Under the pieces are notes generated by a model. The model worked only from the letters and a program-made list of their open reading frames with translations. It did not search any database and was not told where the DNA came from. 60,000 bases of DNA, taken from positions 85,980,056 through 86,040,055 of the forward strand of contig NC_057719.1 of the NCBI RefSeq assembly GCF_004010195.1, written 5' to 3'. Shown piece after piece: positions 1-23,350 of the stretch. Made by a program: the position numbers and the translations under genes. Source of the stretch: Chiloscyllium plagiosum. Lineage: Eukaryota. Position 1 is the first letter of the stretch; each line of letters starts with the position of its first letter.

Positions 1-3000
1 TCCACTGGGCGAGATGAGTAAATCTGAGATGTAACAGCCCTCACAGACTGGAAAGGCGTGGGGTGAGGGAAGTGATAATTTGCTATCTGTAATCAGAATT
101 AAGACCTAGTGGTGCTATTTTCCAATTTCACAGAAAAAAAACAGAGCGAATGCAGAATTAATGTGGGTTTTCTATACCTGTAGCTGTCCTCAACTGACGT
201 CAATTTTATTTCTTCATGTAAATGCATTTGAGATATCGTCTTCAAGTCTCCGAAGTACTTACCGGGTTTTTTTTTAAACATCCAGTCCATGTCTTAACAA
301 TCTACCCGTTATTTCAAGCTAAGTTAAACATTCCAAACGCAGTAAAAATCCAACTTTATTTTTGACGATGTCTTGGGAACTCTGGGCAGCGATAATGTGG
401 TTAAACTGGTAATTCGGAACCGCAAACTAATTCTCTGTGGAGATGGGTGTACAGCTGCCCAAGATAGGTGCTAACGTTTGAACTCAATAAACTACAAAAT
501 AAATTAATAGCAAGTTTAATGCCGGCCGTGTTTTGAGATGAACAGTTGAGATTTGTTGCAAGTTTAGGTCTTGACAGAAAAGTTGCGGATATGCTCAGAT
601 CGAAGGTAGGAAACTTACTAGAACAGCATTACAATAGTGTTGTTCCAAAAAAGGCAACAGTCAAGCTGAGTCAATGGTGGGCACAAGTTGTCAAAGATGG
701 AAGAAAGCAGTATTATTGATGAGGCCAATGTAAGTTTGTAATGGACCTCTGTATCGAACAGAAAGCCATGATTGCAAGTTGTACTCTTCAGCATCAGCCT
801 TGCTGGCAAAGAGAGGAGTGGAGTTGATGACTAGAGAGCAAATATTTAAGGAAACTGAAGCCTTAATATTTCTTAATATTTACAGTGGTCCTTGTGGAAA
901 AAGCAGTGTGGCAACTCAAAGGCGTGATATAAAGAGCTGTTTTCAACACTGTTCAGGTTAAATATCCGTTGTATTTTTGGAAAATGTCATACAGTGGCAG
1001 TAGGTGGGGAGGAGTGATAGATTGGTTCTTGGAATACTCGAGCAGTATTGGTACAGTATAGGGAAGAGAAGCAGTGTAGGACATTCCCTGACTGTCGCTG
1101 GATATGCGGGGATGGAGCATGGTGCGGCTGTCTGCCAGCTGGAAAACAGAGAAGACATTGAAAGAAGATCGTGTGATTAACCATCTGAATTCTGTAGCTT
1201 CTTCATACTTTCAAAAAGACTGTGTATTGAAAGAGGATCAAAGGTTAGCAGGAGTAGACAAGAATGTTGAATTCAAAACACAATCAGATCAGCCTGGAGC
1301 AGCAGGCCGAAGGAGGTCAAATAGTTCATTTCTTCCAATTCATATCGTTTATTGTTCAATGAATTCATTTGTTAGTTAGATATGACTCAACATCATCAAT
1401 TTTGATAAGAATTGCATCCAGATCCAGAGAACCACAATTAAAAATCTGGAAACATTGCTCAAAGTAAGCGCAATTTCTTAAAGACCTTGGTACAGCATAA
1501 ATTATAATATTGCACTCTCCCCGTACCATGCTAACTCAAATGTGCCTGAGCTGAACAATATATTGAGTTCGGTCTCAAAATGTTTCTCTTCTTTCTTCGA
1601 CCCCGTTTTTCGACGACAGAAGACTCACCTGCAACAAGGATATCTATAATATCTATCTTTAGCACGAATGTTTACTTTCTGGACAGGAGTGATCGCACGT
1701 TTGTCTGACTCTGTGGTGCTCCTTACTTTGTGAAAGAGCCGCTATTGGACGGAGATGTCGGGGAAGCTGGAGTAAAGGAGCTTTGGTTGCAGTAACCGCC
1801 CATAGTTTTCCTTCCCTACAAAGGGAGGTGATTGGACTGGGTTTTCTCAGATATAAAGATAATATGCTGCACTACCTTACACCCGTTTCAATGACGGTGC
1901 CTTCTCTGAACGTCCAAGTACTGACGATTAGAGATTTATAGTGGAGGAAAGGAACCTGTTGGCCTGAATACATTTCTTATTGAATTGCTAAGAAACTGCA
2001 TCAATGGTATGGCACAAAATCCTGCATTTAGATTGGAGGTAGCTTTCCAAATGTGACTTTCTTGATTTTCATTTGATTCAGCTGTCGTCTTCAAAGCCAC
2101 TTTTGTCTGTCACTACCAACCCCTCCGTCTCCCTAATACAAGTGAGATCAAGGACAGAACTGGAAATTCACCCTATTCTCCCCCTACCCCCTTATATGGA
2201 AAGTAATGACGAACACCGTCTCCAACGGTTAATGGACGCGAACGTTGACTTCTTGTCCAAAGATTTGTGGTTTTCCGCCGTTGCAAGCATTTTGACCAAG
2301 ATAAACTGAATCTATGGACGAGAAGTCTAAGGGGGGATGGTGATTGCTGCAGTCAAGATATTCACGATCCCGACGAATGCCAGCATGTTACAGACCATCT
2401 CACCGTTCACAGGAAACGAGAATAGAAAGTTGTCAGTGGGTGTCAGAAGGCTGTCTGAATTACTTAGTGCAGAGTGTAATGAATGAATTCAATCGTCTAC
2501 CAAAGTAGGCAGTGAGATTGATTGGCTCACAAAATGTAATAGAGTAATACATGAACAAAATTTTGGAATGGCATCAGGATGCGTTGTGGAGCATAATACT
2601 GTGCACACAGGAGCTGGTCAAAATAAAGACTCTTGCTATTTCATAGTACATATCCCTAGTAAATGATTTCGTCCAATGAATGTGAAACTCATTCCGAGTC
2701 TTTGGAACCAGATCTGAAAGGATTATTTTATGAGCATCATTAAAGTGATCCATATAATGTTCAATTCCGTACCGTCTCTACCGATTAGTAAAGACAGTGA
2801 CGGCGGTCCGACCTCTGCGCGCTTAAAGGGGGCGTGCTTTGTGGCTGGCGGATCACAGAGGGTGCTCTCTAGCAATCGTAAAGGAACCGCTAGCGGTTGG
2901 ACTGGAACGTGGCGGCCCCGTCCATAGGAGATACTTCGCCTCATCACTGTTGCTACTACCTGGCGGGCGGCGGCAATGACGGCCTTGTTTATTGCACAAC

Positions 3001-3137
3001 AATAGGCAGCACGTGTGATTGGCTGTGGAGAGCTGTGGGACGTCCGGACTGCACGCTTGGCGCTTTCTCAATGCAAGTGGACACTATGGTCGGGCGCCCC
3101 GACCCCACGACAAACATCGGACAATCCGTTGGACAGG

Positions 3138-8918
<5,781 letters not shown>

Positions 8919-9419
8919 AATCCAAAAGAAACATTTAACATCTCCGCAATATTTTAAATTCATTCCTATTTCTCCGTATCGACCATCTACCAGCTGACAT
9001 CATTTGTCGGGGTTCAATTGTTTTCTAAAATCTTGGCCAAATCATGATGATAGAGGGATCAAGTTGGTGAACGTTCCCATATCACCCAGGGAAAGCAGTA
9101 ATGGCCACAGATTACCCCCACGTGCAGCTTCCGATGGATACTTTGAAATGGTAAATTATAGCATTCATTTCAATGAATCTGTTATTTTATGAGCTTGTCC
9201 TGCTAAAAGAGCAGACAAGTTGACGGTTTCATCAACATCGCTAATACTACTGCAAGCAACTTTAGCTCCAAAGTGCACCACTATCTCCTTTGGTCACCAG
9301 TAACACTCGTTCAAGTGATTCAAGACCATTAGCTTTGACCCTGCCAGCATCATAGGCATCACAATTAAATACTGCGGCTAGAAACGTCTGGTTTCAGGTC
9401 GATCCTACCGAGTGAGCTA

Positions 9420-9695
9420 AGAAACATCCTATAGCGTAGTTGTGTAGATCCTACAATTAAAGTGAACTGTATCCTGTTGTGTGGGTTATGAACTGCATCT
9501 TATATTATGGGTTGTGAGCTGTCTCCCATAGTGTGACTTGTGCTACGTGCTATAGTGTGATTAAACTATAATCTACAGTGTGGGTTATGATCTACATCCT
9601 ATGGCATGGGTTGTGATCTACATCCTATAGTGTGGTTGTGAACTACATCTGACTGTGTGGGTTGTGAGCTACATCCTACAGTGTCGGCTGAACTA
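9420..9695. repeat. degenerate ~26-bp minisatellite (ATCCTATAGTGTGGGTTGTGAACTAC)
   Basis: About 10 imperfect tandem units. Confidence 0.8.
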
Positions 9696-11182
9696 GTAAC
9701 TATCGAAAAGCAAGTTTAGGATCCTCCATTATCCCTACGGTCATCAGTCCTCTGCTGATTACTTTCTGCGCAAAGAAATTACTTTTAAACTCAGATTGTT
9801 TAAAATAACTCTATTAATAATTATACATAAGTTGATTTTCAAGGTAAGTATGGAACCGTGTGTTGAGATTAGTATAGCTGGATGACTAACCTTTTCGGTC
9901 CTGAATTCATTGCATTAGCTAAACCCATTACTCTGGAAACGGAATCCCCTGTCCGGGACATTAGCTTTGGCAAATTAAAGTACTTGAATCTGAGAGCTTG
10001 TCCTGTTTACTTTAAATGTGTCCTTTAGGGTAACTGGATTTTGCGGCTAAAGAATAGTGTCCCTGCCTCTGAGCCTAAAATTCAATGTTTCAATCCCAAT
10101 TTGGGATTGGAATACTAAGGATACAACCCGGCAAAAAGCTGCTCAGCATTTACCAGCAAACCCTCAAACATGGGCCAATGGCAGATGGTAAGAGTTTGGC
10201 CATGTGCTGGAAAGAAGGTTGCAGCCTCCACCTCCATTGTCTATAGTTCGGGCTGCCAGCATCACGCGCACTGCGAAAACACACCCGAATGCATCACTTC
10301 TTGTGGGATCTGTAACAAATACGGACATAATCGCTGTTGAAACCCCGCATAAATCGTGGGGAACCGTACGTCAACGGGTCTGGTACAGTAACCACATGTA
10401 TCTAATTCAGAATTGAGATGTGGCCAATTGAGTCACTGACTAGTGTAACAGTATGCACATCGTCATTGAGAGAGAGAGAGAGACGGAAGTGCACTTTGTT
10501 TAGTGCGGGATTTTATTTTGATAGACGAAAAGTAGAGTTTGTTTTTACATATACCAGTGCTTTCGCTTAATCTCACCGAAAACTGGTGTATGTTGCTTAA
10601 CTAGTAATTAACTAAGTACTTAATGTATTAAAGTTCCTTCCAGGCGATTTTAATGAAATTATACGCACAGTTTAAATCGTTTCTGCTCATACGTCGGTGA
10701 TTTCTGATGAAAACTGCTGAAAAACTGGCATTATATGGCCGAGCTGAGTGATTGATAAACGGTTGATATACCGTTATTAATGGACTTCCTTAAATAGCAG
10801 CCAAATGACACACCTCTTGTCTCCATTTATATAGTCAAGTGTAAGTGCAAAAGGTTTAAATAAGCAAAATTACCACAGTTCTGCGAGATTGAAACCAACT
10901 AACCGCGCTTAATTATCTCCATCATTATAACATGTAAAATGTACCGTCTTATTTAAGCCAGGGAATTCGCAGTGACTTGGAGCCTTGAGCAATGAGTCAG
11001 TTGCTACTCGACTGATGTCAATTGCAAACTCGAATTTTCTCCTTCTAACAGTTATATTTATCAGTGACAGAATAATTAAAGTAGTAGAATATAGCAGAGC
11101 TAATTATGTCCTCATCCCTACACGTTTCCTTAAGTTGCACGAACAATAAGTGTTGAGTAACATTGAAATAGCACGTTTTTTT

Positions 11183-11712
11183 CATGACTTGGAGGTGCCA
11201 GTGTTGGACTGGATGGACAAAGTTAAAATCACACAACACCAAGTTATAGTCCAACATTGTTTATTTAGAAGCACCAGCTTTCGGAGCGCTGCTCCTTCAT
11301 CAGGTGGTTGTGGAGGATAAGATCATGATCACAGAATTGATAGCCAAAGGAGTCCAGTGTCACTGAGATGTGATACATTAAACACTTTTAGATTAAATTT
11401 TTCATCTTTCAAAATGGTGATGCTGGACTCTTCTTTGATTTGTAAATCCCAGAACTTCTTTTAAATTACATTCGCAAGATCGCTCAGCTTTTCTCACAAG
11501 AGGTGTGAAGTCTGTTTGTGTCCCAATGTTATGTCAGACTGACAAACCCTCTGCATCGTTTTACAGTTTTACATGGATTCGTGCAGTTTTTGAGCAAATA
11601 AAATGCAATTCAGCAAAAACAAATTCACCCCATAAAAGTATATGTGCGCGTGTAGTGCTTCCAAATTAACCCGTTGCTCTATGACCTGGTGTTGTGTGGT
11701 TTTTAACTTTTT
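11183..11712 (-). mobile_element. non-autonomous PLE (family 2) with inverted terminal segment and hammerhead motif
   Basis: Minus strand CAC CTGATGA AGGAGCAGCGCTCC GAAA GCTG GTG at 11272-11306; inverted partial copy at ~11653-11710. Confidence 0.7.
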
Positions 11713-12149
11713 TCGACCGTTTCCCGAGCGACCTGTGAATATTTAGATCTTAGTCCCTATGTTGGCAACAAATTAAATTTCCCTTTTTAAAAAAAAATCC
11801 AAGTATACTTTTCTTTCGTAGTGTACTTTGAACCAAGCTTACTTCTAGACAGTTTAAGCGGCTGCCATGCTGTGGGGGTCAGCGTAGACGGGTTTTCTAT
11901 TGTTGGAATCACGACGATATCAGCAATCAAATACTTTAATTTGGAAAGTATCATTTCTGCGATAATGCCTTAAACGGGGTTTACGTGAGGACACATACAA
12001 GTTGATAATATTTTTCTCACAAGAACATAATCGACATCAGACTGTAATTTCTTTATATTTTAGCTGCGGGTCCCCGTCACATTTTTCATTGTCCCCAAAA
12101 CAGATAGTGATAAATGAGTATTGCAGCCTCTTCCTTCTGCCAGTTTTTT

Positions 12150-12428
12150 TTAAAGTTCAGTCACAGGATGAGGGCGTCATTGTTCAGGCAGCACATATTG
12201 CCCATCCCTAATTGCCCAGAGAGCATTCAACCGCATTGTTGTAGGCCTGGAGTCACATGTAGACCAGACCAGGTGAGGTTTGCAGTTTCCTTCACTAAAA
12301 GACATTAGTGAACCAGATGGCTTTTCCCGACAATCAACGATGGATCCATGGTCATCATTAGATTCGTAATTCCAGACGTCTTTATTGATTTCAAATTTCA
12401 CCATCTGCCGTGTTGAGATTCGAACCCG
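12150..12428 (-). mobile_element. shark tRNA-derived SINE (family 2, tail shared with Crack/L2-like LINE)
   Basis: B-box GGGTTCGAATC; body CCATCTGGTTCACTAATGTC; tail GGGCAATTAGGGATGGGCAAT. Confidence 0.7.
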
Positions 12429-12494
12429 TTAATTGTAGATGGAGGAAAAAAATGTTACAAAATGTTTGTGCATATGCATTTTTTTTTCACCTGG

Positions 12495-12755
12495 AGGGGG
12501 TAATACCATAGGCTAGTAATCCAGAAGCCCAGGCTAATCTCTGGGACGAGGTTTCAAAGGTCCACCGTCTCAGCTAGTGGCATTTAAATTCAGTAGATAA
12601 ATCTGATTGCTATTTTTAAAATGACCTGGTTCACACATTCCTTTTATGGAAGAAATCTGCTGTTCTTACCTGATCTAGTCGACATGTGACTCCAAGCCCA
12701 CAGCAAAACGGGTGATTTTTAACTCCTTTCTGAACAGGGCAGTCAGTTCCAAGAG
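12495..12755 (+). mobile_element. shark tRNA-derived SINE (family 2), older copy
   Basis: CTAGTAATCCAGAAGCCCAGGCTAAT head; ACATGTGACTCCA body. Confidence 0.6.
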
Positions 12756-14578
12756 AAGTGGGAAGAAATGTATTTTACAGAGTAGAATGTGTGAATTTAA
12801 TATAAACCATCTGGTACAGGTTAATGCTGTGCAGTAACAGACAAATCCGTGATGTATACAAATCTTCGTAAGATGCAAGGCAAATTAAGAATGCCATTCA
12901 AATAAAATATATACACGGATCACTGGCTATATAATCTAATGCTGAACAAGGGAAAATATGTTTTTAAAAAAGCATGCTCAAAGTTACTGATTGGCGCAAC
13001 TGGGTTGTGAAGCCCAATTCTCCCGTGCACGGAATAATGATAGAATGTTAGAAATCGGTAATATCTGGATTGTTCTAAATACCTTCTGTGTACCATGAGA
13101 TGTCATTTGACTGGTGTTGTTAAATTACCAGTTTTCCAGATTCTTCGTAAATAATGACAAGAAAGGTCATAAGAAATCTTCCATTAAACTGACGTAATTC
13201 CCGGCGCTCCAGGTAGCCTGTTATCAGGCAGTGTCTTGGCAAAATGGGATGTTTTGGTCTCAAAGAGAATGGCAATCTAACTTTCAGATGACAAAGAGAC
13301 ACCCTGTCCGATATTCATCAGTTGAAACGAATCAAATGGGTATTTGACCCAGCCTAAGCCAGCCCTTCGAAATATGATACATCAACAAATAATCAAGGTC
13401 AGGGAGCATTCCTCATCTGGGACCCATCTTGTTCAGAAGCAAGAACCACCAGAAAGGGGGCGGGAGGACTCGGGAACAATTCCCTAACGCATCGTTTGGA
13501 GAGCAAGGAGCTGCCTTGACATGTATATTCACTACCAACAGTCTGTATCAGTGAACCATCCACAATTGTGTTTTCCTGTCTAATTAATGCATCATACCTA
13601 AACTACTGCTTAACAAATGTAATTAGCTATCTGAAAATTGGATTCTATATTGAAGTTTGTCATTGCACCCCCCAAACTCTAACGGGAATAAATTCCTACC
13701 ATGGAACGGTTCCATAGAATAAAGGTTCGCTGTTCATCCTTAGGTCTCCATACCTCCACCCTGAAAAAGCAACTCAGCTTGTCACACTACAGACATTATT
13801 TCCTGCATTGTTCCACATTAACTCGTTTTATATTATTGTCCAAATGTCTTTTGAAAGCTCTGATCGAATCTGCCCCAATCAAACTCACAGATAACATATT
13901 TCAAATATTCCTGATCTAGAAGGTTTTTTTCCTCCTCTTGACTTTTCCCAGAGAAACTTAACAGTATCTGTAGACATAGAAACGGGGTAAACGTTATGAG
14001 TCCAATAAGACTCATGCTCATCACTGAAGAGTAGCCGCAAAAAGTTTTGTTTGGGAAAAGAGAATTTCACTTCCCCACTAGCGTTTCTGTAGAATGAATG
14101 CTTCCTAACACCAATCCTGAGCAGCTTAGCTCCAATGTTAATGCTACGTCCTCTTGCACTGAACTCCTGCACTAGAAGAAACAATTTCCCCATATATCCC
14201 ATATCATGCAACGTTAGACCAAAGTGCGTTAACTGATTGTTTAAGGTCTAATCAAACTGAATACAAAAAATCGCATGTGCTCCGATGTAAGTAGTTTTAT
14301 TTTTGCATTAGCTATAATTACTTAATGCCTATTAAAAGTTATTATCAGGTTCATAAAGTGATTCATTTAAACTACTCAGATATGTTTAAACAAGTGAATT
14401 TCACGTTGGGGACCTCCTGCCGATGGCTAGTATTTGGAGCTTGATATTGACCTATTAATTTCCAAGGCACCGATTGCACCCAATGGTTAAGTCGAACGAA
14501 CCGTGATAAATCGCCGAGATTAGTAGTACATCGGAGTTGATGTCGCGTACTGAAATTGTAATTTTTCCAACCATTCAC

Positions 14579-14835
14579 AGAATCCTTTCAATGCAGAAAG
14601 AGACCATTCGGCCCATTGGGTCTGCACCGACCCTCTGAAGAGCTTCCCATCCAGATCTAAGCCTATCCCTATCCCTGTAAAGCTGCTTTTACATGGCTAA
14701 TCCACCTAGCCTGCACATCCTGAATACAAAGGGGCAAATTTGCATCGCCAATCCACCTAACCTAATCGAGGGTGGAATCGATTCCGGGTCGCTGGTGCTG
14801 TGAGGCAGTGCCGCCACTGTGCCTCAGTACCGCCC
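14579..14835 (-). mobile_element. HE1-type SINE, internally deleted
   Basis: Head and tail match other HE1 copies; V-domain missing. Confidence 0.7.
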
Positions 14836-14959
14836 TGTGCTCCTCTGTGCCTGGACAAAAGTAAATCCAGATTTCGCTGCAAAACAGTCTGTTCTCAAGC
14901 CAATGCCGCCTCCTTGCTAAGCAATCTGTTTTCACATTCTTTTCGATCTCCAGCAATTA

Positions 14960-15260
14960 TAGAGTCATAGAATCATAAAGTTGCACAACATGGAGACAGA
15001 CCCTTCGTCCAAATTGTCGACCATATATCCTAAATTAATCTAGTCCCATTTGTCAGCATTTGGCCTATATTCCTCTAAACCCTTCCTATTCATATACCCA
15101 TTGTAAATTTTGTAATCGTACCAGTCTCCACCACGTCCTCTGACAACTCATTCATATACTGTACACGCTATCCTCCGCGTGAGAAAACGCCCCTTAGGTC
15201 CCTTTTAAAATCTTTCCCCTCTCACCTTGATCTTATGCCCTCTACTTTTGGGCTCCTATG
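14960..15260 (-). mobile_element. CR1 LINE 3' end
   Basis: AGAGTCATAGAATCATA tail and CR1 3' sequence. Confidence 0.7.
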
Positions 15261-16922
15261 TCCAATTCACTCTTAATTATCTGGTTTGGAGATGTCAATT
15301 TTTGGTAATATACGCCCCACCCATTCACATTCTGAATCATCTTAAACAACTCAATTAAAGTTGTATTTTAAACTTCTACACCGACTCCAAAGTCAGCATT
15401 TCCTTTCAGAAAAGCAGGGCCAAGCTGCATTAGTCCAGGTGTAATCCAACAGACTTGCATGACGCCCACCTCTTAGGTTTACCAATGTATTGAGATGCAA
15501 AGTAGTATTCCATCGCATGAGTATGTCACCACTTCCCCACCAGATTTAAACGATTTCCGTATTTGAAGATTTTAAATATTTCACCATCATTGATGCTAAT
15601 TTGCCACCTTCTTGAGATTCTCTGTTCTACTTTTCCCTGTTCAACGTGGATGAACTCACGTTGTTCCACATTGAACTCCATTTATCATCGCTTCACTTGC
15701 TGATTATGTGTGTATGCTGATGTGTAGTTCTATATCTTAAGCAGGATTTCACTTGCCTTCATTTTGTATTTTTTGAATCAGATCAATGTAAAGGACAAGT
15801 ACAGTAAATCCACAGTATGCGATATCAATCTGCAAACTAATACATATTATTGTAATTTTTATTATTCAAGTTTCTGTTTGCACAATAGTATTATTTCAAA
15901 CCACAGATTTTGGGAAAACTAAGGCAAATAAATCGTCATTAATTTTGCAGGACCAGATTATTCAGTTGCTGGAACAATTTTAAGCTTTATCACCGTTTTA
16001 ATGCTCTAATAAAAATAAACTAACAATTACAGATGACATTCAAATTTCCAGAAATGTAAGCAAATATAGCAGCAGGATTTAACTTGTGGCTTTGCATTCA
16101 ACAGTAGTCTATACTTCAACCTAGAAGAAGGCATTAGAGTTTTAAAGGTTGCTGATCTCATAATTCTGAATGGAAGAAATGAGATGGTCGCATTTAAGGT
16201 AAAAAAAAGCAGACCGGACATTAGGACTGGGTTAGGGTTTGTGTTGGTGTTATGCTAGAGAGGGTCGTGAAGTTTAAGGGTAACTTCATAACATTCCAGA
16301 ATTGGAAATTGAAGTCAGATTTATTTCGATCAGTGGAAACATGCGTACTCTGTAACTGGCCAGGAACTGAATCTATAAAGAGCGGGTAACTCTTGTTTCA
16401 ATAAAATGCCACCAATTAAATTGCGCCCTCTGTGAATTTTTTTGTATTCATTAAGGGACTTAGCCAATTTACTTTAAACATTCTTCACTGTCAGAGGCTG
16501 ACTAATGGTCATAGCATTATAGGTTCATCACTGATACCAAACCGAATGATTTCTATCCTGACATCTTACTCTGCTCCTGGAATTACATGTAAACTATGCG
16601 CCTGTCCGGGGTGGTCTACGCGACTTTAGGAACAGTAGTGTCTCGTATTCAGTCCCTTTACAGACTGTTGCTGATATGTGATGCTCCAGATAAATCATTA
16701 GCTCGCAATCTCCAGTAAGGGGACACATGTACGTTTAGCATTTTAATGGGACATGCCGGTATGTATCACCAACATTTGCGAGATCCGGGAAAGTGAAGAG
16801 AAAAGCGAAGGAACAGCACACGATATTTTTCCAATGAAAATGTTAGTAATGCTCGTTCATTCACCTGAATGGTGAGAAGTGAAAAGTAGATGGTTATCTG
16901 TCTTCCGATCCTGAATCGGAAA

Positions 16923-21465
<4,543 letters not shown>

Positions 21466-22644
21466 CCTCTGTCCTGTCAAAAGGGTTTCTCGCCGATCGC
21501 CAAACAGACGTCGCCCAGTCCGAGACACAGCCCTATCAGTCTCGCCTCCACGGATCCACTCCAAGTTGTTGTTGCTTTCTTTACCTAGAAGTAACAACAG
21601 AATTTACTGAAAACTCTAGTGGAGAAAAGAAAAGCAACACCATTGCAGCTGAGTTTTACATCTCTGCATATAACAGGAGGACCCACATTAGAACACAGAG
21701 GATTATCTTCGGTTTGAAATGGATGCAACAGGGGAGTAGGGGTATTTACTAAATGAGGAAATGGGATTGGAATAATCAGGTGGTCGGACAGAGACTCCGT
21801 GGGCCGAAGAGCTTTTTGTTTCTGTACTGTGGATTTCTTTGTACAGACATGAACCCTAGATTGCTCGAAGATTCTATGAACAACGCAGTTTAACCGGAGA
21901 CAAATTTTACTGATACAGCAGCAAAAAACATTTTAAATCGAAAAGAACATTAGAATGCTGGACATTCTCCAGCAGTGAGCTTCGCAAGTCAGGTAGCGAT
22001 GTATCATTTGCAAGTCCGGGAGCTGGAAGCATGTTCGCTTGTTTGACCGAGTGGACGAGAAAGGAACACCCCTGTTCCGTTTGGCCCGTAAGTCGTGCTG
22101 CGCAGGAGCTTGCTTTATGAATCTGGCCTTCCTCCGGTCAGGAGCTAGAATGCACTCTGGAGCGTGGGAAGCAGGGTTGATTCCCTCCCTCCCACCCACC
22201 TCCTAAAGATAATGGATCCACGTCTGAAAAAAAAATAAAACATTGAGGCGGTAAGAGTGAATTGTTCTCGCAGAGGGATGGCACAGACAGGGCGGACATC
22301 ATCGCAACCATTTGTGCTACTCAAAGAACACAGAAAGTTACAGCACAGAAACAGGCCCTTCCGCCTTCCAAGCCTGCGCCCATCTAGATCCTCTATCTAA
22401 ACCTGTCGCCTATTTCCCAAGGATCTGTATCCCTTTGTTCCCTGCCCATTCAGGTTGCTGTACATCCTAAGTGACGCTGTCGCTCCCCTGGCAACGCGTT
22501 CCAGGCACCCACCAGCCTCTGCGTGAAGAACTTTCCAAGTACGTCTCCCCTAAAGCTTTCCCTCTCACTTTGAACTCGTGATCTCTAATAATTGAGTCCC
22601 CCACTCTGGGAAAACGTTACTTTGTACATCGTTTTAAAAAAAGG

Positions 22645-22918
22645 TTAGATTCCCTATAGTAGGGTAACAGGCCCTTCGACCCAACAGGTCCACACCGACC
22701 CTCCAAAGAGGAACCCACCCAGACCCATTCCCCTACCCTGCATTTACCCCTGACTAATCACTACGGGCAATTTAGCATAGCCAATTCACCTGATCTACAC
22801 AACTTTTGGATTGTGGGAGGAAACCGGAGCACCCAGAGGAAACCCACGCAGACACAGGGAGAATGTGCAAACTCCACACCGAGGCGAGAATCGCCTGGCG
22901 CTGTGAGGCAGCAGTGCT
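22645..22918 (-). mobile_element. HE1-type SINE
   Basis: V-domain and tail match. Confidence 0.85.
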
Positions 22919-23182
22919 GTATAGTTTGCTTTTGTATTGGGCCTTCGAAAATGCATCACTTCGCATTTGTCCGGATTAAACTCCATCTACCATTTCTCTG
23001 CCCAACTCCAATCTATCTATATTCTGCTGTATTCTCACAGTCAGCATGGACAGGTTGGACGGGAGGGTCTGTTTCCATGCTGTACATCTCTATGATTCTG
23101 ACTATCTGCTACTCCACCAACCTTAGTGTCATCTGCAAAGTTACTAATGAGGCAACGTACACCTTCCTCCAAATCATTTATG

Positions 23183-23350
23183 GAAAAGCGCAGCAGGTCA
23201 GGCAGTATCCAAGGAGCAGAAGAATCGACGTTTCGGGCATTAGCCCTTCTTCAGGCCCTTCTCCTGCTCCTTGGATGCTGCCTGACCTGCTGCGCTTTTC
23301 CAGCAACACATTTTCAGCTCTGATCTCCAGCATCTGCAATCCTCACTTTC
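23183..23350. mobile_element. PLE family 1 fold-back insertion with 18-bp TSD
   Basis: TCCTCCAAATCATTTATG duplicated at 23165-23182 and 23351-23368. Confidence 0.8.
23227..23254 (-). ncRNA. minimal hammerhead ribozyme motif (PLE type)
   Basis: CUGAAGA-A-GGGC(UAAU)GCCC-GAAA-C-GUC; core consensus intact. Confidence 0.6.

Noticed and set aside
178..200. TSVEDSY resembling gene B N-terminus TSVEDNY (third paralog?)
   Set aside because: No following FxGxxLKI or VW motif and codons differ; likely coincidence
9420..9695. CRISPR-like repeat periodicity
   Set aside because: Units are contiguous with no unique spacers; eukaryotic context with no cas genes
10483..10495. ACGGAAGTGCACT shared with 25899-25911
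   Set aside because: A 13-mer match is expected many times by chance in 60 kb, and the flanks do not align
10547..10593. 47-nt imperfect hairpin
   Set aside because: Short and bulged with no recognisable ncRNA family; plausible by chance
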